From Euprymna scolopes (taxonomy: Eukaryota): 64,000 nucleotides of DNA. The first letter of the stretch is position 1. Each line of letters starts with the position of its first letter. A program made the translations under genes and the position numbers. The stretch lies in NCBI GenBank assembly GCA_053919585.1, contig CM132799.1, one strand, 5' to 3'. The notes beneath the pieces were generated by a model. It did not search any database. It was not told where the DNA came from and saw only the letters and a program-made list of their open reading frames with translations. Positions 26,636 through 37,767 of the stretch are shown piece after piece.

Positions 26636-27223
26636 CTAGCCTGGGTGCCCGGCGTTGCCCGGGTGTTTGTAGGCATATAAAAAAAAAAAAAAGTGGTAGT
26701 AGGCAGGCAAGCTCAAATCCATGACACAAAGGTGGAAAAGAAAGTGAAAGAAAATCTGACGTCTTACCGCTACTCTATGGTGCGACCAGAAGTGTAAAGT
26801 GTTCAAATTTAACGTAGTCAATAAAAAATATGAATTGCAGAAATGGCGTTGCTTTTAAACCTCCTATGAAGGTCGTTTTTAAAAGCAGCTCTCCCCAAAA
26901 AGGGGGGCACTGTGACAGTATCCAAATAAATAGTAATTGTTTCAGTATGAAGGGTTTCCCCTACATTGACCAAGGACCAATTACAGAAGGCTGAGAGTTG
27001 GTTAGTTTCACTTTATTCATACAAAAAAGACAAATACTCAAAACAAGGGAATTTAAAAAATTTTTATCAATAAAGAGACAATGTTCATTTGTGAATCTGA
27101 GAGATTATGATCTAGGAAGTATAAGAAAACTTCTCTCGGAATCTGAGACGAGAACCCCGATGCAAAAAACCTTTCGTGGACATACACAAACATGCGCACC
27201 CATTTTACATTTTATATATTAGA
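26636..27223 (-). mobile_element. Non-autonomous Helitron H3
   Basis: On the minus strand it starts TC(taatatataaaa) and ends with hairpin cccgggcaacgccggg...CTAG|T. Confidence 0.82.
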
Positions 27224-27885
27224 CAAGCGGGGGCATTGCCCGGTTGTTTGTAGGTGTGGGAAAAAAAAAATTGATAGTAGACAGGCAGGCTCGAGCCTGT
27301 GACGTGAAGATGGAAAAGAAAAGGAAAGAAAACCTGAGAGTTTACCGCTGCGCCATGATGCGAGCGAAAGTCTAAAATGTTAAGATTTAGTGATGAAAAA
27401 GAAATGAATGAGTTAGTAATTAAGTTAAGAATCATGCAGGTGCGGAAATGAACGTCTGGCTTGAAGCCAGTTAAGCTTTCAGATTTCTGCTCAGTTGATG
27501 TGGCGGGAAACTAGCTTCCCTCAAATAGGGGGAACTCTGGCAGCGTCCAATGAATAGCAATTGTCTGATATGAATGGTTTCCCTCACATTGATCAAAGCT
27601 GATTGCCTTCAAGACGTCACGGCCCAGAAGGCCGGTGGTGTACTTTCACTTAGTTTCGCTTTATTTATACGAGAAAGACAAACAAACATTGTAAACCAGG
27701 GATTTTTTAAAAACTCTATCAAAATAAAGATGGAGACAACGTCCGTTTTCGAATCTGAGATATTATAATCTAGGGAGCATAAGGAAACTTCTCCAAAATA
27801 GTAACCCTGTTGAGAAGCCTCACAAAAACAGCCTTTCGTGGACATATACAAATGCGCGCCTCCATTTTGCCTTTTATATTATAGA
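27224..27885 (-). mobile_element. Non-autonomous Helitron H4
   Basis: Same architecture; TCtataatataaaaggcaaaatgg 5' end; 3' end degenerate (CTTG); abuts H3 and H5 directly. Confidence 0.8.
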
Positions 27886-27920
27886 CTAGCCTGGGTGCCC
27901 GGCATTGCCCGGGTGTTTGT

Positions 27921-27966
<46 letters not shown>

Positions 27967-28512
27967 GGGGGGCAGGTAAGCTCGAAAGACAGAAAAGAAA
28001 GTGATAACTTAATAACTTACTGAGATGCTAAGAGGGCAGAAGAAGTGAGAATGGTTGAAATTAAATGATTAAAAAGTTAAGTGAATGAGTTCAAATTTGT
28101 GCGTAAATTTAGCAGTGTCAAACATCACACCATAGGGAAATGAAATCCTGCATTTAATTTTGGCTGCAAGCCAGTTTCTGCATATTTGTTTTTTTCCCCA
28201 AAATGTTGGGGAAAACCAGCTCCCCCATAAAAAGGGGAGTGTCCAAATGAATAGCAATTGTCTGATATGATGGGCATTGATCAAAGCTGATTGCTTTCTG
28301 GATGTGCCAAACAAACACACGAGAGTAAGAAATAGTGCAAAAATAGCATGTAAAAGTCGCTTAAATAAAAGATAGACGACCTCCTTTCGTAAATCATAGA
28401 CATTATAATCTGGGGAGTATATAAAATGTGCCCCCCTCCTGAAAAAAGCCTTTGCCGGACATACATAAAAGTACACACAAACACACACACATTTTTGCTT
28501 TTATATAATAGA
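27886..28512 (-). mobile_element. Non-autonomous Helitron H5
   Basis: A|TCtattatataaaagc 5' end; 3' hairpin plus CTAG joined directly to the TC of H4. Confidence 0.8.
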
Positions 28513-28602
28513 TGAAATGATGGTTTTCATGTTGTGCTTTAAATAATCAATACATTTGTTAACATTAATTTGTAATACTAATGTTCATCTTATAAATTTC
28601 AG

Positions 28603-28695
28603 AATGAACACCGAAAAATACCCACCATGGCAGACTTTGAGAGGAAGCTGTCTGAGTCTGATGTCTACTTACAGATCCTCATTGAGCAGGTGAAG
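28603..28695 (+). CDS. OSBPL9: OSBPL9-like coding exon B: [31 protein letters not shown]
   Basis: tttcag acceptor, aag|gtaagg donor, 93 nt, phase 0/0. Matches ORP9 [25 protein letters not shown]. Confidence 0.93.
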
Positions 28696-28904
28696 GTAAG
28701 GAGATCATTAGATTCTTATTTTTTTTTTACCTTCTGATATTTGTATGCTTAATAATCTTTTCTTTTTTTTTTTCTGATTTCCTATTTATAATATATCAAT
28801 TAAAATAAACTGCAACATCCATTTTGATTTCTTTGTTCAGTATGATTATTAATGCATAAATAAAAATATCTATTCACAAAATCGTGTGACAATCTAATTT
28901 GGTT

Positions 28905-29110
28905 ATAAGGGTAGGGTTCAAGTTGTTGAATGAATACTGATCTAAACTATATTGGTTAGTCAGTTCAAATCCAGTCAATTTTATTTCATTTGCCTACACT
29001 TTTAATACTAACGAGAATGGTATGATATAGGGAGCAATGTTTTGAATAATTTCTTTTTAATTTTTGACATTAAATAATCTAAAATTTTTGGTCTGCCATA
29101 AAACCAAACT
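28905..29110 (+). mobile_element. Old degenerate SINE-like relic sharing the 3' tail of the three SINE copies
   Basis: B-box-like agttcaaatcc; tail gacattaaataatc...tgccataaaaccaaac resembles ggcattaaataacc...tgccataaaacaaaac. Confidence 0.45.
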
Positions 29111-29534
29111 AAGTTTATAATTTTACTGACTGGATTCAAATGCAGTTGACATAAAAAATGCAAACATGGTTATTTTTTAATTTATTTTTTTAAAATCTAA
29201 ATTAATGAGATTGATACTGATTTCTTTAAACTTTAATTGAGTTTACATCCTTTAAGCAAGTACAACAGAATATAAAATACTAGCTGCTGAAAGGAACAAG
29301 TTTAGCATGCCACGTTTCTCACTCAAACAGTACACCTTTTAAAAGTATTATGATCTTATTTCCATTAAAATATTCCAAATACTGTATAATTACATTTTAT
29401 AAGAAATATTAATATTTAATTCTTATAAAAAATTTATACTTTTTTAATTTGATAAAATAAATTTACGCCTAATAATTTTACACTAGTGTATCTGAATTGC
29501 AAGTAATCTTTTCCATTAAGAAATAATTTTTTTT

Positions 29535-29951
29535 GGCACTTCTACACTATTGGGACGAGATTTTATTGTGGATAAATGGAGTTTTCAGATAAAGAAACAA
29601 TGGTTTCAACTGTTTTTTTTGTCAATTCTAATAAGTTACAATGGTAGCTTCCAAATTATGCAGTCGAAATTACCTGAATATTACTGAATTGTTAAAAAAA
29701 ACCCAACTTTAATCGTGTTAGCAGGTGAAAAATTGCCACCATCTTGTTTAAATCTAAATGGAAAATTACCTCCCTTTTGGACTCTCCTGTGTTTTACGAT
29801 TGTTTTCTTCCAATGTTTATTTTCTTTAATAAATAATTTTCTACCTTATCAATTTTCGTAATTTTTTTTATGTAATCATAAAAATACAAAGAATACATAG
29901 ATACCATTGTTTACGATTTCCAAAATCTCGTCCCAGTAATGTAGAAGTGCC
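29535..29951. mobile_element. 417-bp MITE with 30-bp TIRs inserted in a poly-T tract
   Basis: ggcacttctacactattgggacgagatttt ... aaaatctcgtcccagtaatgtagaagtgcc; T-runs on both flanks, so TSD length is ambiguous. Confidence 0.85.
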
Positions 29952-30265
29952 TTTTTTTTTTCCTTCAGAATAATTTAAAAGAAAATTTAATTAATACTTA
30001 AAAAAATATGGGATTTATTGCTAAATATTAAAAAGACCCCCCCCCCACGCTTCTTAAAGAAGAATGAAAAAGTAGAACCATCAAGTGAGCTGAAGAATTT
30101 AGGATGGCTGCGCCTTATATATCTTATATATATATATATATATATTGATTTGGATTACATCATGCTCAACATGTTTTTAATCACTAGTATAGTTGGAGTG
30201 ACAAATGTATATTTGGTCCTATTTATTTCATGATATACTTGTTGACCAGACCTATTGTTGCCTAG

Positions 30266-30298
<33 letters not shown>

Positions 30299-31010
30299 GC
30301 TACATAGTAAGCAGCTGATGATCCCCGTTTTTTACTTACAAAATTTTAGTTAAGCTTTTCTCTTTTCATCCTTATGTAGTTAAATTCTGTTTTAAAATTG
30401 AAGACTTTTGTGAAATTGACTTATGCAAGTGCTAAGTCTATTTCTATTTAAAAATTTTACCTAATGCCTTTTTTTTTTTTTTTTTCTTTCTTAAAAATCA
30501 TTATAGAAATGAATTCTCTTTTATCATTATAAACTTTTTAGAAGTCAGATTATGTAGGTGCTTAGTCTGCAATAGGTTAAAATTAATATTTTTTTCTTCC
30601 GGGAATTTAAACTGCATTCTTTTTTTTATTATTGCATTTTTTTTATTCAAAGCTTCTTTAGACTATATATGTATATACACATATACACGGATATGGATTT
30701 TTTGTTTTTTAAATTCAAAATCAATTTCAAAATTGTTGATTGTGTAGTTATAATGGTGTGGGTTTGCACATTTAAAAATTTTATATTTTAATGTTAAAAA
30801 GAAAAGAAACAATATACATATAGTTATTTCCATTTTTATACTTTTTTGAGTTACCATGTTTTTGTTTTTATTTTCTCCTTTAGAAAATTGCTTCTGTTTG
30901 TAGTTAATTCAAACTAAAAAGTTATTTAGTAAGTACCCCCTTCCCTAAAAAAAAAATAACCCTACTTTATGTGAAAATTTACTATTTTCTAACTGTTTTT
31001 TGTCTTACAG

Positions 31011-31088
31011 TCTCTGGAAGATAGAATTGAGTTATGTGAAGATCTATCGGCCAAGGAGAAGTACAACGTGATTAAAGTTACAGCTGAG
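31011..31088 (+). CDS. OSBPL9: OSBPL9-like coding exon C: SLEDRIELCEDLSAKEKYNVIKVTAE
   Basis: ctaac branch-like motif, ttttttgtcttacag acceptor, gag|gtaaaa donor, 78 nt, phase 0/0. Aligns with ORP9 [26 protein letters not shown]. Confidence 0.88.
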
Positions 31089-31916
31089 GTAAAAAAAAAA
31101 ATCATTCTTTAAGAACTTTTACATTTAAAGATCTATAATAAAATTATTGATTTAATTTTAGAATTTGTGAGAATTGTGTTACTTGCCAATGGTTTTGAGA
31201 TTAGTTTCTTTATTTTATGGACTTGTTTTAAACGTTCATCATTTTGGTTACTGTCATTACATTTCAACCATTATGTTATATTGTCATAGTGTGAGGAAAT
31301 TGAAAAATATACTAAGATTTAAGTAAATTTAATTTTAAAAAACCTTGAATAAATATTGGAATTGAAATATGGAATCAACATTAATCAAGTCATTTTTATA
31401 AATGAGCAACAAAAACTATGCATCCTCTGAGCAACAATTAATGAAGCTATAACTTTCTTTACAGAAAAACAAGAAACAATTTTCATTTCACATTTTGGTG
31501 ATTTGATAAAAAACAGCAAAAAAGATAATTATATTCCAATGTTGAGGGAATTTACTGTGGATGAATAGTCAAAATTTTATGTTTTTTTGGCAGTCAAATT
31601 CAACAAATTTGATCTTGTATAAGCATAAAAATGAATTATCCATAAAAACCTGGTTATATAATGAGAGAATTGGTCAAGTAAAGCAATTATATATTCCGGT
31701 TGCAGTCAGTTAACATACTTCCTAACTTCCAGTGTGGTGGCTGCTACCAAAAATGGTGACTGGGCAAATCAGTTCTAACGCTTTTTATAAAACTCATGCC
31801 TGTATCTCCTCTGTGCATGTACCCTTTTTTATTACGGTTTTCCGATCATTCTTTTATTTTTTAATTAATAATCATTGAAAAGTTTTTTTTTTTTTATCTT
31901 ATTTTAATTAATTACT

Positions 31917-33508
31917 ATTCCCACGCGGAATATAGCAAGCCCCACTCTCCCCAATGGTTTACTTCTACTTGTGCAGCTGCCATCGCGCAAAGGCAGCATG
32001 CGTACCGTAGATTTAACCGACATAAGTCTAGTTCAAACAGACAGAAGTATATAGAAGCCAGAAATAACTGTAAGAAAGAAATAGCGACAGCTAAGAGAGA
32101 ATTCATTGAAACCACCAAAAAATGCATCGAAGCACAGAAATTAGGAACCCGTGACTTTTGGAAAATCTACAACAGTGAAGTAAATAATGGGCAATCAACA
32201 ATTCTCCCACTATCCAATAATCATGAGGTTGTTTGCTCAGCAACCGAGAAGGCTAACGTGCTTACCAGTCAGTTTGTCTCCAACTCCACACTGGACTCTG
32301 CTAACCACCCCCTTCCTGACTTTCCTTTGCGAACAGATGCCACACTAGACGATCTGAGAATCGACCCTTCTCAGGTGCATGCTATCATAAAAAATCTTGA
32401 CATTTCAAAAGCATGTGGACCTGATCTCATCCTGGCTGTGCTATTAAAAAAGTGCTCTGCCGAAGTAGCTCCAGTTTTCTCCAAACTTTACAACGAATGC
32501 CTTAATGAATCTTGCTTTCCTCCCTGTTGGAAAACTGCTTCTGTGGTATGTTTTCCAGAATTCTGGCGAAAGAACTAACCCAATAAATTACTGCCCCATT
32601 AGTCTCCTACTTTTCGCCAAAATATTTGAGTCCATAATTAACCAAGTTCTAGTCCATCACCTTACAGATGCTAAACTTCTGACTGACTAACAATATGGAT
32701 TTAGGCAAACCCGTTCCATGGCAGACATCCTAACTGTAATCTCTGAGCGTATATACCATTCACTTGACAAAGCAGGGGAGGGTAGAGCAGTAGCTCTAGA
32801 TATATCTAAGGCCTTTGACAGGGTATGGTATGAAGGTCTTTTCGGGGAAAATCAGATCATACAGTATCACTGGAAGAATATTTAACATAATTAAATCCTT
32901 CTTTGATAAAAGAAAAATCCAGGTTGTCCTCTACGGTTATACATCTAAACAATGTGATATAACTGCAAGAGTACTCAAGGGTCTATCCTTGGACCTCTAA
33001 TATTCATAAATGACCTCACTGACAAAATTGTCTGTGAGATGGGTATATATGTTGACAACACCACGCTATATAACAGACACAACAGGAAAACAAATGAACA
33101 AAGAAATGGCAGAAAGACTAGAGGATGACCTTTGATCTGTAGTGGAATGGGGACAAAAATGGATGGTCACATTCAATGCTGCCAAGACTAAACTTGTTTC
33201 CTTCAATAACTACAAGAAACCTTCTCTACCACCAATAGCAATGGCCAAAGACTCTTTATCTGAAAGTTCATCTTTTAAACTCGTCGGCCTAACGTTCACA
33301 GGAAACATGAGTTGGAAAAATTACATTGAGAGCATTGCCAGGACCGCTGCGAAAAAGGTATGTTCTCTCTACCGTACTAGAAAGCTACTAACGCCCGAAA
33401 GTATCCTGTACCTCTATAAGGCCACCATTCGCCCATGTATGGAGTATTGTTGTCATATTTGGGCTGGTGCATCTGCTACTAGTCTCACTCCTAGACAAGG
33501 TTCAAAAG
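31917..33508 (+). mobile_element. CR1/L2-group LINE copy b (RT region)
   Basis: ORFs 32258-32578 (KACGPD) and 33142-33531 (WGQKWMVTFNAAKTK...IRPCMEYCCHIWAG); ALDISKAFDRVW motif. Confidence 0.92.
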
Positions 33509-33509
33509 G

Positions 33510-35030
33510 TAATGAAGACTCTAATACATAATGCATATCATCAGCCAGTTTACCAGTGGGGCTCATTATTCAAACAGAATGTCTCGATCTTGCAGCATCA
33601 AATGAGCTTTTAATCTCACGCACCCATTTTCAACATCCCAAATGCCATGCATGACTTAGTACTCCAATGACAGAACTAAATCGACCACATCTTCATCAAG
33701 TCAAGCTGAATGTCTAGCATGCTCAGCTGTCTTGAGTATTGTGGGACAGAAACCAGCAATGACAATGACTTTAATCATGTCATGGTCCGTGTAAATCTAC
33801 GTATAAAAGCAAAATAAGAAGACTCATTGGCTGCTGAAATGTAATGTATCATGGCTCAAATGTGAAGCTATTCGAAACACCTTTCAAATCTATTTATCCA
33901 ACTGTTTCAACAGTCCTGAAGCACTTCAACTGACTGACATAAGTGTTGAGAATCTGTGGCAATCCTTCAGAAGCTATGTCAATGAAGTAACACAAACTGT
34001 TGGCACCACCAAAAGTCATGTCAAAGATTGGATATCAGGCTGCACAATTGAGCTCACAAACTGAACAAAACAAGCTCAATGTTCCAGCTCCGATGACTTC
34101 CAACTGCATTGCGAAACTGCCCACTCTGCGATAGCTCATCATGAAAATTACAGAAAATTGCTAAAAACATAGATGCTTCATCAGGAGGTGAAAGCAGAAA
34201 GCTGTACAGGTTTCATCAATCGACTATGAGACCATTCGAAGGCAACAACAAAGTAATCTTCAATCAACAAGGCGAGTTTATCACAAATCTTGATGAGTGC
34301 CTTCAATGTTGGAGTGATCACTTTGCCTCCCTGCTTAACCATTCCAGTCAAACCCCTCAGATTCCAACTGTTCTTCTATGGTTTATGACTGTCATCATCC
34401 CTCACATTATTGATAAAATCTTGGATGCTATCAAAAAATTGAAAAACAATAATATAGCTAATGAAATCTTCAAATATTCTTCAGATGTATTGGTCCCAAC
34501 CTTCCACCAAATCTTCATCCATAACTGCGAAACCATAAAACTCCCTCATGGCTGAGGCATTGCTGTCCTGCTTTCCTTTTATAAGAAAGGTGATAAATGC
34601 TGTTGTGATAATTATTGTGGTATTAGCATCATTGATATTAGTACACAAATCTTGGCTACCATCCCGTTGAAGCTGTTTCAAAATCAGACACATAGACAAG
34701 GTCAAGCCAATACAGATTTTGCCCAAGCATAGCAAGACTCTCATCTCTTTCATTGACTTTGCTGCTGTGTTTGACTCTGTTGATTGTGGAACCTTTTAGA
34801 AGGTCATGCATACTGATGGTGTACCCCTAAAACTGCTGGTTGTCCTCTACACTGAAACCTTTGGAGAGGTTGATTAAAATATTTTGGCTCCATTGTGACC
34901 ACAACAGGCCAACGGGAGGAAGATATCCTCAACCGCATCAGCAATACTTACATCATCTGTCGACTTCAATCGTGGCTCTCGTCTCAAAAAGAAATAAGGC
35001 TGAACATTAATTCAAATACAATTTGCACTC
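33510..35030 (+). mobile_element. RTE-clade LINE fragment, highly degenerate
   Basis: Motifs ASNELLISRTHFQH, IDHIFIKS, WSDHFASLLN, YKKGDKCCCDNYCGISII and FIDFAAVFDSVD. Confidence 0.75.
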
Positions 35031-35565
35031 ACTTCAAGATCCACTCCCTCCACTTTTTTTGATCCATTTTCACCTCAAACAAGGCACAGTGTCACTTTGA
35101 TATAGGGGGCTACTATCGGGGACATGAGTTGAAGGGATACTATGTAGGGAGTCGAGCAGCAAGATGTCTATTCACATTACACTTGAACTTCTGCATGTCA
35201 GTACAGTTGTGAAAACATGAACCGGGAAGGGAGTTCCAGAGTTTAGCAGTTCTGGACAAGAAACTATTAGAGTAGAAGGCCTTCTTACATCTAGGGATCT
35301 CTGTGTAGTGGTGGGATTTGACTGCTGGTTGAGTTTGTCGGGGGACTATCTTCGTCGAGGGGGTACAAGAGCTTGTAGTTCGTCAGAGCATCCACCATTA
35401 AAATACTTGTAAAACAGGTTGATGGATGCAACATTTCATCGATGGGATAGTAGTTGAAACTAGGATGATCATACAGGATCTATCAGGTTGGCGACTCTTT
35501 GAATCCTGTCCAGGAGCGAGAGACTAGTAGCAGGTCCAGCCCAAATGTGACAACAATACTCCATA

Positions 35566-37767
35566 TAGCAATACTGTTAAAACGCTTTGAATAATCACAG
35601 ATTTCAAGGGGTTTCTGCTAAAATAGTCATATTTTAAAAACCAAAGCACTTTAAAATCTTCAAAATACCACTTTTTGGTCAGAAATGAATATACTTTCGA
35701 ATGAATTAGTAAATAATAACATACATTATATATTTTTAGAGTTTTAAGCAAATAAAGTGATACAAATGTGAACATCATAAAACAGTATTTTTGGTAAGAT
35801 TTTGTAACGACCCTCCCTGATTTCTAAACATTCGTACAGTGTTTCTGTAAAAAATATTTTTAATGAAATTTGGAAATTAACTAAAAGAGATGTCATTTTT
35901 AATAATTTCGAGTGTCCAAAATTAATTTGAAGACTCGTTTTTTTGTTGTGTTAAAAAAAAGATTTCAAAATGATGAGTATTGAAAATTGTGAAAAAGATT
36001 TTCTTCGGACACTCACTATTAAATAAAACAATCTTTTTACTATGTTTATTCGTTAAAAAGATGATTGAACAGTGTTTTCTCTAGTGGTACGTAACAATTT
36101 AAAAACATAATATCAAAAAAAAATCGTTATGAATTTGAATCAGACTTCTGTAGTAGTAGTAGTGATAGTAGCAGCAGCGATAACCTGGCGTAAACAGACC
36201 TTTTGTTTTTGTTGTTTATTTTTATTTCAAATCGATTTTTTTTTTAAATTGAAAATCTGGTTATAAATAAAATTTTTTACACGTTTAGTTAGAGCTATTT
36301 TGTTATCAACCATACAAATATTTTAAAAAATTGGGTAGTAGTAAATTTTAAAATATTTTAACAAGTGAAAATGGGAACTATCATTGTTTTGGTTCACGTG
36401 TACGAACCGTACACACACTTCTAATTTTCATCCCTTAAAAAAATGTTTTCCATGAATTATAATCGAATGGAAACTAATCAACCCGATTATTAAAAATAAA
36501 ATATAAAAAATAATCAATATTTAAATATTTGTAGGAGGTGCTCAGTTAAAAAATAACAACGATAGGAAAAGACATGAAATGTAATTAAAAATCAAAATAA
36601 TATTAATTCAAAGTTTTTAACAATTTGTCAGCTTTAGCAAAAACTTGTTTCTTTTTTTATATTTAAATAGAATTTAAATACTTGATATTTTTCCAAGCAT
36701 CATGTTTTCTATTAGAGGGACGTCACTTTTTTAAATAACATTTATTTTTGTCTGTTTGTCATAATTCTTGTAAAGTTTCACAATAGGTATCAAACACTCT
36801 CTTAAAAAAAACAAGAAACAAACAAAAAAACTTGCTTAATTCTATGTCTAATCCTAGGTATGTGTGGCAAGCCTCCTCCTAAAACCTTTAGCCTTAACAA
36901 TAACGCTAAGTACAAGTGGCAGAGCTCCCCACTAAACAAACTTCTTCTGTGAGTTCAAATAAGCGTAAAAAAAAAAAAAAGCATAAAAACGTTTAAAGAA
37001 AGTGCACATGATTAATCTCCCATAAAAAAATAAATTGGTCAACTGTCCTAAAATGCTAGGATCATCTTGAAATGGTGAATTATTTTACATTCATGTAAAA
37101 CCAACCCCCACTCTAAATTCTAAAATTGTTTTTGTTTTGTTCCTATCAAGTCTTCAGGATGTTCACACATAATTTTCCTTAGCCCTATCATTAACCCAAA
37201 GTCAGAGTGGCAACCTCGCTACCTTCTCATAATTGCACAAAGACCCTCTTAAAACCATGCAAAATCGCCTTGTAGAAAACAAACAAAAAAAAACACCCAG
37301 GATTTATCTATCATAGGAAAAAAGTGGGGGGTAATTGCCTTAAACGCTCGAATGATTCAAAATGGGAAATTATTTTACATTAAATTCTAAAATAATTTTT
37401 GTTTATCTTTTATTAAAGTTTTTCAAGTTGTTCACATGCAAATGTTTATAAAAGTAGAATCACATATTTTGGAGAGGTGGTCAGATGGGGAGGGGTAACA
37501 GAAGGTATTAATCTACAATACCAAAGAAATATTGTAATATATTAATTTTTAACCAATCCTAGATTTCGATTTCAGTTTTTGGTACAATGCATTACAACTA
37601 AACTTTGAGGTCTCTAACTTCTTTTCTTTTAATGAATACATGGCATTTTTAAGCAATCGCAGCATATTTATGTGATTTACTGCAGATTATTTGGAAACCA
37701 TTCATTTCTCGAGATTTTCAGTAGCATATTCAGATTCCTTGCACAAAAATACACTTATATGGCAAAT
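35566..37767 (+). mobile_element. Copy 1 (end-truncated) of unclassified 2.4-kb non-coding DNA transposon
   Basis: Reverse complement of about 49070-51245 over its whole length; begins with the TIR tagcaatac; the other end is missing. Confidence 0.9.
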
